Positions 24,362 to 35,606 of a stretch of 64,000 nt of DNA are shown in pieces. A program made the position numbers and the translations under genes. The stretch's first letter is position 1. Every line of letters begins with the position of its first letter. A model generated the notes under the pieces. The model was not told the origin of the DNA. It ran no database searches and saw nothing but the letters and a program-made list of their open reading frames with translations. The DNA comes from Mytilus trossulus (Eukaryota), in the NCBI RefSeq assembly GCF_036588685.1, contig NC_086381.1:39122001-39186000 (forward strand), given 5' to 3'.

Positions 24362-27300
24362 GTAAATACATTTCTTTTTATCTATTAGCAGTGATATATA
24401 TGTAAGATTTCTTACTACAAATCTAGATGCAAACGAGAGAATCTTTAAAATGCCAACAGAATAAACATTATAAAAAAGAAGCCTTCATTTGTCATACGGT
24501 AGAAATGCCCATTACCCCAATTTATATTACCGCATACATTATTTCTTTCTGAACGACCAATCGTGTTTAATTCGTCTTTAAATAAAAACCACCAAGATAG
24601 TTTGAGAACGGGTTGCTGCTCACAATGAAGCTATTAAACCCATAGTTCCAATGGTGGAGTTGAAATCGTGTCTTCTTAAATTTTACGGAAGCCATCACGA
24701 GTTGATTGACTGTTCCGAAATATTCGTTTCACATATGATATCGGCTATGTTCCCTATGTCGTTACTACAATCCGTTTCCTTTTTCACTATTATGACCTAC
24801 TGAATTTACCGGGTTTATTATATCATGAGCAACACGAAGGATGTAACATGTGGAGGAGGAACTGCTTACCCTTCAGCAGCACCATAGATGACACTCAGCG
24901 TTTGGTTGGGTTCGTGTTTTTGTCAGAAAATTTGTGAGAAACATGAGGTCATGGTCATGTGCTAAATTTTGAATTTGGCTTGTTATTACTATTGTAAGAA
25001 GCCGTATAAGATATCGAAAACATATTTTTATTAAATTGCTATATGCATGTTGTAACAGTCACATTTTGATTATAATGGTACTTTAATATCAAACGAGTGT
25101 TCTTTGCTCTCATATTAAAAACTTGATTATAGTGTTTAAAACAAATTACCATATATATGACAGACTAAGGGTCTTTCGATAGGAGGTCTTTTCTATATGA
25201 CCGCGAAATAGAAGTCAAGGTCAGAGGTCAAAGGTGAACTTGATGTTCTTATGTTTATATCTATACACGATAAAGCCATGGGACTTCTGGAATGAGTTGC
25301 AAGCCATATTATTTCGATAAGCAAACCAGATTGGACCTTGTGTGAACCGGAAGTAACTATTGTTTGTGCTTATTCAATGTACATATATATCGAACCATAA
25401 ATTTTAGGAATCAAACTATCACAGGATTCCCATACCAGAAATAAAACATTATCTCCCTTATTCAGCACAAAACTTTATCGACAAGATATATCGGTGGAAT
25501 CAGACTATAGTAAGCTATCATCAAATAGCATGTTTAGTTTATTTAATTTTTCATATCATACCTTTGTTTTGTGAAAAGACTTTCAATTCTTTGTTTTAAT
25601 TTTTAATATTTCTTGTTAATTTAGCATATATCATGCTAATGTTTGCTGGAATGCAACCCCTTAGAATAGGTGGATATTTATCATAACTCCATCTGCTTGA
25701 ACTTATAATAAAAGTTCCAACACAGACTTTAGACCAATTTCCCGAAGTCGAAAGTAGAGGTATATCTAAAAATAAACAAAATACTTAGGGCATAAGGAAC
25801 AGATAGTCATAGGTCTAATTTCACAGTCTAGGTAGGCAATTGGTGAGGTTTGGACACACTTAGCTAAAACCACGGTAGTATGTGCATTTTATATCATCAA
25901 TATAATGGAGAATGTTTCATGATTAAATCACAAATCCTGAATGTAGGGATAATCTTGTCGGTTAAGTGTTCTAACCAGCATGTCATCACTTAGGTGCTGA
26001 TATCAAATCCACCTCTTTGATTGTTTGTTCGACTATACTATAAATTGTCTAGGATTGCAAGTTTTATAAGCAAAAGTAAGTGGCTCTCTCTCAAGGTACG
26101 TTAACCAAACCAATACAAACTAGTTTGAAGAACGAAAGAAAAGTAAATCAGCAATAATTACTCTATTAATCAATATGCAGAGCTATAGTTTTATAATCAC
26201 AAACAAATTGTCTGTATGAAAAATATCTGTATTATGCCAATCATATTCACATTTTGACTTTGTAAATTAATTTAATTTGGTTAAACTAATTTTAATATTT
26301 CCAGCCCAATCTTCAAACTACGATAAAATAAAACTGAATGCAAATAGGACCCAGTCTTATCCATCAATCAAAGTCCAACAAGATGAACCTGCTGCATCAT
26401 CAATTTATCACAAAGAAGATGAACGACCATCACATACTTTACTGGATACGCCACGTCCATATACTACAGTTGAACATATAACTGTTGAAACAGATTTTTC
26501 GTCAACATACAGTATCGATCTAGATCAAACTGTAAGATTTTTACCGCATAAGTTCGTGATTTGAATATATGTTGGGGTTGACAAATGTAAGGGAGCAGGG
26601 AAATCAGGGGTGGGAAACATGAGGGAAGTGCGAGTCATTAAGTGGGAACCAGTTGAAGACAGGGAGAAAACTGGATATGTTGGAAAAGTTTTTTGACTGA
26701 TGGTCGAATGGGAATAGAAAGAGGAAAAATAAAATCAGAAAAAATCATGAACTCGAAGAAAATTCTATACGGAAAGTCCCTAATCAAATTGCAGAATCAA
26801 AAGACAAAACAAAAACAAACAAGTTGACAACAACTGTCATATTCCTGACTAAAAATGGTGGATTGAACCTGATTTTATATAGGTTGCTTAACATCTCACT
26901 TGTAGGCTTATGACAGTCGCATCAAATTCCATTATATTGACAACGATGCGTGAACAAAACAAACAGGCATATAAGGTAAAAATGTCAAAAATATTGCTAC
27001 AGCATTCAACATTGTATTATATAGATATAGCACATGAGCAAAAATATAAGACAAGAATACAAGAATATCATAGACAATAACATAATGGTATGATGTACAA
27101 GTACAACAGGTATCTAAATCACAATAAAAACAAACAAATATTGAAGCACAAAAGGCATATATCACATTTAACAACTTCCTTCATTGCTTTAACATTTACT
27201 CTGTCGTTTTACGTCATAATGTAAACGTCACACAGGTAGAGATATAAAATATTTTTGTCGTTCAAAATGAAAGCGGGAAAAGGAACTAGGAAACCCCAGT

Positions 27301-30300
27301 CTCCATCATGTAAAATATACAAATATGAGTATAGAGTAACAAATTCATTGAAGCCAATTTTGTGAAGTATAAAATGTCATTTTAGGTCCTTACGACGTTC
27401 TATTGTTAAATATAAAGTTTTATTTCTGGTGTTTTTCTGGTTAGTTTTAATTTGTCTCGAGCTCCTTTGACCGTTTTCGTAGACTGGAATTTTATGCGAC
27501 TGTCATACAAGTTTTAGATTTAGCTAGCTATAAAACTAGATTAAACCCATACACACAAGAAATGACTGTAGCAAGATAAGATTATGACAGTTATTAAAAC
27601 CATTCGTCTTAAATTAGACATTTTGATTTCGCCATTTAATTGAATTTTCCTTCCTCGATGATCGTTTTATTACTTTATATTTAATTAATCGAATGATGTG
27701 TTTGTTTAGATTTATGGTGTTTCCTCGTTTTTTTTTAAACTACGTCTCAAAAGAAGTGTAATTTCTAAAAAAAAACACCTAGCAGGTGCTTGTAATACAC
27801 CGGTTCCTGACTTTAGACAGCGCATAATGAATTTATTGGGGTTCAACATAGCTGTTAGCGCCCAAATCCTACCTAAATCTGGGACAGTAATGTTACAGCA
27901 CAACATAGGAACAGACTCATTAGAGAGAAACAAAACAGAAAAAATCTAATATGAATACAGGCGGAATTTGGAACAGCATTTATCCACCCCCCACCCCTGA
28001 CAACACAAAAGATGTTAGTTATAGATTTACATGTAAGAGTACTCACAGTTACTGACACCTATTCCAAAGGCAATAACAATAACAGTACATATCCTCATAC
28101 TCATCCTCCTCCATCACAGGTATACCACTGTCTAAAAATAATAAAAGGAAAAGAAACATCATCCCTTGTGTCGCAAACTTGTTTTCGTACAGTTTCTGGT
28201 GCAAAACTGAAATATGTCATTCTCGGATAGGAGACTTATAGCTCTTCATATTTGGTTTATTTAGAGTAAGTTGCTGTGGGTAAATGTCGGCAGAGTATTT
28301 GGAAAATATTTGATTATTTAACAAAAATATATAATCAAGATAACGGCATGTTCACACTTTACGGAATTCAAAAGCAGAGGTTACTCTACAAATAATTAAA
28401 AAAAGTCTTCAGTTACTATCATAAGATGTTGACCTATACGATATGTTTATGTTTCAACTCTCTCACGACATATTTTAGCGCGTTTAGACCTTTAATTTTG
28501 ATAACAGAAAAATTCCTATCAATTTTCCGATTGTGTCACATTGATTGTGATATTCTGACTTAGTGTGGACTCGCATGGTCGATGACACAAGCATATCAGT
28601 AGACGCTGAGCATGTTGACTGCTTTTGGAGGTCAGGTTTAATACCACCAACTTATAGTACGTCACATCAAGTTACATACCAAAAAGGGTTAACAAGATAT
28701 TCCCTTGAATTTGACATTTGTAGGGAGTTTCATTGCAGTAAAACAAATTGTGTCATAATTATATCTTGGGTTTTTCAAAGCATTATTTTTTTTTATGCCT
28801 CTATAGAATATTTTGAAATTTAGGGTTACATGGTTATAAAGCTTGCATGTATACAGGCAGAAAAATGGTGACAATTTGATTGCACAACTTCCAGTAATGG
28901 TTATTTTTTTTTATAATAAGAAACATTATGTAATTGTTTTCTATAGTATTGGACAGGATAAAACTTTACACATGCGAAGTATATTTTATTTGAAACAAAG
29001 ATAAATTCGCCACAATTTTTTAATTTAACAAGGACTAATAGGGGAAATCATTTGTGGCATTACACCTTCATATGGTACCCTTAGTTTTCATATCCTTTGT
29101 TTACCATGCTTGATTTTTATCTTCTACAGCATATTTGTTGTCAGTGGATACATGAAGATCCACCAGACAATTCCAATTATCTTAGTTTAGCCATTTTTGC
29201 ATGTTGTTGTTGTAACTCTCTATTGGGTGTGGCTGCCATCATTGAAGCCTCTCAAGTAAGTGTTGATTGAGTAATGTATTAACATTTAAAATTAAAGAAT
29301 ATAGGATGAAAAACTATAAGTATTTTTTTTTCGAATACAGTGTTCTACGATTAGATCGTTTAATAATTGGTGGTAATTAAATAAAATGTAAATTGCTGAA
29401 TTATGTAGTTATCAAATGTACCAGGATTATAATTCATTACGCCAGACGCGCGTTTCGTCTACATAAGACTCATCAATGACGCTCATATCGAAATAGTTAT
29501 AAAGCCAAACAAGTACGAAGTTAAAGAGCATTGAGGATCCAAAATTCCAAAAGTTGCGCCAAATACGGCTATGGTAATCTATGCCTGGAATAAAAAGATC
29601 CTTAGTTTTTCGAAAAATTCAAAGTTTTGTGTCAAGAATTTTGGATCCTCAATGCTCTTCAACTTTGTACTTGTTTGGTTTTATAAATATTTTGATTTGA
29701 GCGTCACTGATGAGTCTTATGTAGATGTAATTATAATCCTGGTACCTTCGATAACTATTGTAAACAGGAAATTTATAAAAGTTACATTATTGATATTCAT
29801 GTCAGCACCGAAATATTGACAACTGGGCTGTTGATACCCTCGGGGACGAAACGTCCAACAGCAGTGGTATCGACCCAGTGTCCTATTTAAAGAGTATTCA
29901 TGAACTTTTATCAACTGTTTACTCTCGGTGAACAAGTACATTATTTTTATTCCTGATTCGGTGTTATAGAAGTTAATTTGAGTTATGTTTAGCCGTTGAA
30001 AGACATTATCTTGCTGAATAAGATAGCAGGAAACCGTTTCTCTACATTTATTATAACAGTAAAAACACGATTTTAGTTATGTTTATATATTTGTTGTTTT
30101 AATTTGCTGATTTCAATTGGCGTTGTATTTTTTTTTAAGAATATAGCTTCAAACGGAAAATGTGTTAACCTTATTTTCAAATCAAAATAGTACTCATACC
30201 AAAAATCAAATGATCGACTTTCAGTGTTGTGTAAAATAGATCATCTGTTTCATTGCAAAACAAATTGTTCTTGGTACACAAATGATATAGAGATGCAATA

Positions 30301-31476
30301 GGGATATAAAATCATCCATAAAGTGTTTTACTTTGATCTGAATATAGCTCAAATAGATAGAAACGTTTTGAGTTAACAAAGAAATAAAAGAAAACAATCT
30401 GTGTGCTAGAATGTTCATTGTTATATTATAGTTCGTGTCTGTGTGTGTTACATTTTAACGTTGTGTTTCCGTTGTGTCGTTTCCTTTCTCTTATTTTTGA
30501 GTGTGAATTCACATTACTATAAGACGTGTCACGGTACTTATCTATCCAACATTCATGTATTTGGTTTTGATGTGATATTTGTTATTGTGGATTTTGTTTA
30601 ATGCTTAGTCCGTTTCTCTGTGTGTTTCATTTTAGTGTTGTGTCGTTGTTCTCCTCTTATATTTAATGCGTTTCCCTCAGTTTTTAGTTTGTTACACAAG
30701 TTGTGTAAATATACAATGTTAGGTTAACTTTTATAAATAAAAAATATAACTTTTTGTATGATGCTCAGAATCTGAGGAAGGGAAATGTTTACAGAGCCCT
30801 TCAACTGTTTTGGGCCGCATACCAAAAAGATTTTTTTTCAGACATTGACCTAATACTGTATATTTATTGAAGCTCAATAAGAATACACTGCTGGGAAGAA
30901 AATTTAACACAAACATAAAAACGAAGCTTGGATCATTTAATATACCCCAAATATCCCGAATAGTAAATAAAAGCGACTTGACATTAAATTGACAGTGCGT
31001 AAAATATAATTTTGTTACTATATATGGTAGACAAACACTATTGAAAGTATTTTAGCTGCAGTTATCGTTATCAAATAGTTACAACTCCAAGAATGAATAA
31101 TCTTGCGATTTTAACCACTGTGGCTTATTAAAGATAATGCCTGAGATATAATTTTAGATCTAATTATTTCTTTTTAGTCATTTTAAAGATAATAGATCAA
31201 TTGATAAATTTCGTCCTGTCAGAAGTCGATTGAACATTTCTGGCAATATTCAGCAATGAATTGTGTCATACTCCTTATTTGTTTCCATTAAATTCTATCT
31301 TCAAACTACTTATTTTAGTATTTCTTTTGTAGGCTTCTAAAGCGAGAGCACGTGGTGATGTTACTGCAGCAAGAAGATATAATAAAATGGCGTATAATTT
31401 GATAAGATTTTCAATTGGTTTTGGATGTATTTTTCTTATTGTTTCATTATACACAGCGCTTTTTCATATGATATAA
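24358..31476 (+). CDS. CD225/dispanin gene copy 3; exons 24358-24361, 26305-26531, 29130(or 29145)-29255, 31333-31476; about 166 aa
   Basis: ATGG|gtaaat + ccag|cc gives MAQSSNYDKIKL; exon A is homologous to copy 1 (SSIYHKED, PYT-VEHI-V-TD). Exon B = EDPPDNSNYLSLAIFACCCCNSLLGVAAIIEASQ; exon C = ASKARARGDVTAARRYNKMAYNLIRFSIGFGCIFLIVSLY. The exon A donor (act|gtaaga) is inferred from phase. Confidence 0.83.
29405..29885 (-). mobile_element. Retrozyme family 1 monomer with an internal inverted duplication (about 29631-29760)
   Basis: Hammerhead at 29440-29481 with C3>U (UUGAUGA); a reverse-complement segment with a half hammerhead (gcgtcactgatgagtcttatgtaga) lies at 29701-29725. Confidence 0.75.
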
Positions 31477-32489
31477 TATAACAAACAGTGTATTTCTGAA
31501 AACAAACTTATACTCAAACATGAGTTAATCAGTTATTTAGTTAAAAATTGTAATACATATGCAGAATATGTTTGCTGCAATATAATGCATAGTACAAAAT
31601 CGTGAGCCCAAATTCTTTCCATTGATTGAAAGTTGTAAATGTTTATAAAATATTTTCAAAGGAAGACAATTATTTATAGATATCTCGAAACTGTGAAAAA
31701 AAACAGCCTAATCTTAAGCTTTATCAAATAGGTTGAGAAAACTTATAAATACTCTTGAAAAGTGTCTAATGTTTCATGAGCAGCAACGTTTGGCGATAAA
31801 TCATGTTAAGAATGCAGTACATTGGCATTTATGATACCGTCGAGATTATTCAGATCTAACTTAATTCTGGTTAAAATCACCCCTATATAGATATGTCCAA
31901 ACGCTGTTGTTTCTATAAAATAATTCTGCTTATATGCAGTGTTTTTTTCTTTCCAAACTTACAACAAGAATCGACTCTCTTCTGGCGATTGATTATTTGC
32001 CAAAATGCGATTCCTATCAATGGAAAATAAAGGTACTTTTTTTTTACATTTTGCTTGAAAATGCATTAAGATCAGGTCATTGTGTTTGATCGGCTTGACC
32101 GAAGGCAGAAATTAAATCACCTACACAAAATGTATCGTATTAAATATATTAAATCGCTTAAAAAAATATACCAGTATCTTTATTACTTTTTGTTGAAAAG
32201 CTGAAAATAAGATACTTTATTTTTTAACTTTTATATTGAAATAACTAGTTTGTTCTTCCCTGGCCGGGATTCAAACTATCATGATACTGAGATATCGTTG
32301 CACTTTATCGCCTTGCACTATACCCGCGTATATTTATTTCGTGGTTTTGGTATTGTCGCTGAATTAGCTTATTCTTAATTTTGCAGTATTTTCAAAAAAG
32401 AATGTAAACTGAATTAATCTATATATGCGTGTATTTGTTTTTGTGGAAATTCGTGAAAAGAATTACACCGCGAAAAAGTACATACACAG

Positions 32490-32630
32490 TAATCGTTCCG
32501 TTCCGTTATATTTTCGTGGTATGCTTTAGATACAGCATGTTCAGCACATTCCAGGTTCTCTCTGAAACACTTAAACTCAGATTCTTAACTTAAGTTTTTG
32601 AGAAATCAGCAGTAGAAGGCGACTATCGTT
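32490..32630 (-). pseudogene. Relic of a second cGLR paralog (helical C-terminal region)
   Basis: tacagcatgttcagcacattccaggttctctctgaaacacttaaactcagatt...cagtagaaggcgactatc aligns by eye to 36171-36279 (tacagcatgataagcacatgccagattctctctgaaacactcaaattcggatt...tagcagaaggcgactatc) in the same orientation. Confidence 0.75.
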
Positions 32631-33149
32631 TTTATGTCCCTTTAACCGGCATGCATGAATCGATACATGTACGTTCATAAGTTATGTAAAATTTGTAAAC
32701 GTTACCGTTATTTGGATAATGTTGGCATAACGCAGATTTGTGTTAACGAGTGTATAATAATATTCTAAACTAAATATTTTATCTAATCGAATACATCTCT
32801 GTTTGTTCTGAAGTAATTGGAATTGAAAATTGAATGTTGTTTTTAATTACTTTTTTCTAATGATAATTTTAGCGTCTGTGTACGCTTGTCTCTGGATAGC
32901 TTATGGACACATTTCACACCTCATTGCAATCCCACTCAGAATGTTCCTCCATTATAACCTTACAAACAATAAAAAAAAGTACTGTCATGATTTCCTTCCT
33001 CAGACACAGATAGTTAACCAAGCCGTTTGAGGGATCCTCTTTTCGGAATTTTTGCCTCAATGCTCTTCAACTTAATACTTGATTTAGCTTTTCAACTTGT
33101 ATTCTATTCTATAATGATGGGAGTTTTTAACAACCTTGACCCAGATATG

Positions 33150-34725
33150 TACCGGACCATATGAGTATTTGGACCATACCCATAAGGCCATGACCATATG
33201 CGTATGGTTCAACCATATGAGTATATACTCGTTTGGTTATTAACGGGCCGGACCATATGAGTATTTGGACCATACCCATAAGGTCATGACCATATGCGTA
33301 TGGTTCAACCATATGAGTATATACTCGTTTGGTTATTAACGGGCCGGACCATATGAGTATTTCGACCATATAGGTATTTTTTTTATAATATATTGTAAAC
33401 GTTTCAAAAATAAAATAACCTATATGTTCCCAACCCATTCAAAGAAATTGATTGTTTAAAAAAGAGTGTTCCAACTATAGGACCACAACCATAACCTGCT
33501 CCCACTTGGATCCGCCACTGTCATGCAATTCGAAGTTTATAAAATGTATTTATGATACCTTATGTATGCAGTGATATGTTGCTTGATATGTTTTTAGTTA
33601 AGATTTTAGGCCCTTTTTGATATGAATTCGTGTAATATTCATCCTATCCCCTTTTTTGTTTTAAAATTGAAATGATAAACATGTTTATTTCAAATCGATT
33701 TTTTTTTTAAACCAAAACGAAAACGTAAGTAGAGGGCCTGAAAGGGGGACGGCAGCCCAAAAGCAGCTGAACGATTATAGTAAAAATTTCATTGAAAAAA
33801 AAGTATATTAATTTGTTAGTAAGCACTTGCTTACAATGCCACACTAGTGCTACGCCATTGGAACCTTTATTATGTTTTGTTAGAGTTTGAATAATATTGT
33901 TGTCTCTAGAACATATAACATCCATGAAGGATGCATTAAAGATTAAGAAGCGAAGTTTTGGAAACATCAAAACGTCAACCTTTTCTGTTACGCATTGATT
34001 TGAAATTATTCTCATCCGTTTTTAGTTATTGAATTGTTTAATATAGCGACATTAAATTATCCCATCTCTTTATAAAAGTGTGTATCATCAAATCCATGTA
34101 TATCATTATAACTGACTATTTGCGGTATGCGCTTTGCTCAATTTTGAAGGCCGTACGGTGACCTATAATTGTTAATGTATGTGTCATTTTGGTCTTTTGT
34201 GGATAGTTGTCTCATTGGCAATCATACCACATCTTCTTTTTTATATAACAAACTTTTACACAGATGATCAGTACATGCGATTAACTTATATAATCCTATA
34301 TATCATATGGTAAATAGAGAAAGGATCCTATTTAAGTATTCCTTAGTTAAATCAAGTTTATGCATACGACTTAATATTTTTACTTAACTAAATGTATTCT
34401 GAGTGAAATCGAAGTATAAGGAATACTTAAGTTAATATGTTTTACAAAACGGGCACTGGGTCTCAAATATCGTAACATGACTGCAGTAAACCGTATTCAC
34501 AAAACAACTTCAAACATAAACTATGGTCCTTGTCGGTGACTTCTTGTGTAACATATAAACAAGAAAATGTGGTCTGATTGCCAATTTGACAGGCCATACC
34601 ATGTGAAAAGTGTTAAAGTCTTAAAGGTAAACGTGAAACAGAGTGTTAACTACCTCGACCATATGAATATATAATCATACGGTCATGACTATACGCGTAT
34701 GGTCCAAATACTCATATAGTCCGGA
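33150..34725. mobile_element. TIR-bounded non-autonomous element; left TIR amplified as a 96-bp tandem repeat (about 2.3 copies, 33152-33372)
   Basis: ccggaccatatgagtatttggaccata at 33152, 33248 and 33344; reverse complement tatggtccaaatactcatatagtccgg at 34698-34724. Confidence 0.7.
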
Positions 34726-34789
34726 AAAGCTATCCACTCCTCGCACGGTTGGAAGATATTTATTCGAGCGTTTTTTTTTTATAGATGAT

Positions 34790-35505
34790 GTTCTCTCACT
34801 AAATAATTCAAAATTTCGTGATTATGTGGAACTCATCTATCCAACCGAACTAGAGATATAGGATACAACAGATTCAGTTGAGTACAGTTAAGTATGCCTC
34901 ATATCACGACTTGCATCTATAAATTGACAATGAGGGTCGGCCGTTTGAAAAAAAAATAATATAGATGATTTCAGCTTTCAAATTGAGAACCTTTCATTTC
35001 TATGCAGCAACATTCCAGTAGCGTCTGCTTACGGAGTTTATATGTCCCAACTAATACGATATCCCCGGGGTTGAATTTCCTATTATGATTTCCTTGATAC
35101 AGGGTTGCTGCTCACAAAGAAACTAAGTTTTACGGATGCCATCATCCGTTGGTTGTCCGTTAGGGAAAACCCGTTTGACAAATGATTTCGAATAGGTTCA
35201 TTATGTCGTAACTACAATCACCTTCCCTTTACACGAATGTGACCTACCGAAAAAGACTATCTACCAGATCTGTAATAACATAAGCAACACGACCGGTACA
35301 ACATGTGAGGCAGGATCCTCTTACCCTTCCGGAGCATCTGAAATCACCCCCCTTCAAGGTTTTGGTGGTGTTCGTGTTGCTTACTCTTTAGTTTTCTATG
35401 TTGTGTCTTGTGGGTATTTTTGTTTGTCTTTTAGTCTTTTTTTGTGTCAGTTTAATGTCGATTTATGTGTTTGACTGTCCCTCTGGTTTCGTTTGCCCCT
35501 CTTTT
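34790..35505 (+). mobile_element. Degraded Penelope-like retroelement, same family as 2557-3100
   Basis: Remnant translation IYPTELEI*DTTD...ASYHDLHL*IDNEGR...FLCSNIPVASAYGVYMSQLIRY. Its 3' end abuts a hammerhead remnant (atgagtcttatgtagacgaaacgcgcgtttgg, 35506-35537). Confidence 0.65.
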
Positions 35506-35606
35506 ATGAGTCTTATGTAGACGAAACGCGCGTTTGGTGTGTAAAATGTAAAGCTTGACAACTTTGACTATTTTTTATAAGGGATTTAACACTAGAGATA
35601 AAAGAA

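Noticed and set aside
27961-28119. Possible extra proline-containing phase 0-0 exon in copy 3
   Set aside because: Open frame bounded by AG/GT, but no polypyrimidine tract and no counterpart in the other copies.
29821-29880. HDV-like ribozyme call for the pseudoknot motif
   Set aside because: Helix order, P1.1 and the catalytic-C junction do not fit on either strand.
33127-33438. 103-aa ORF with internal repeats
   Set aside because: It results from the 96-bp tandem amplification of a transposon TIR.
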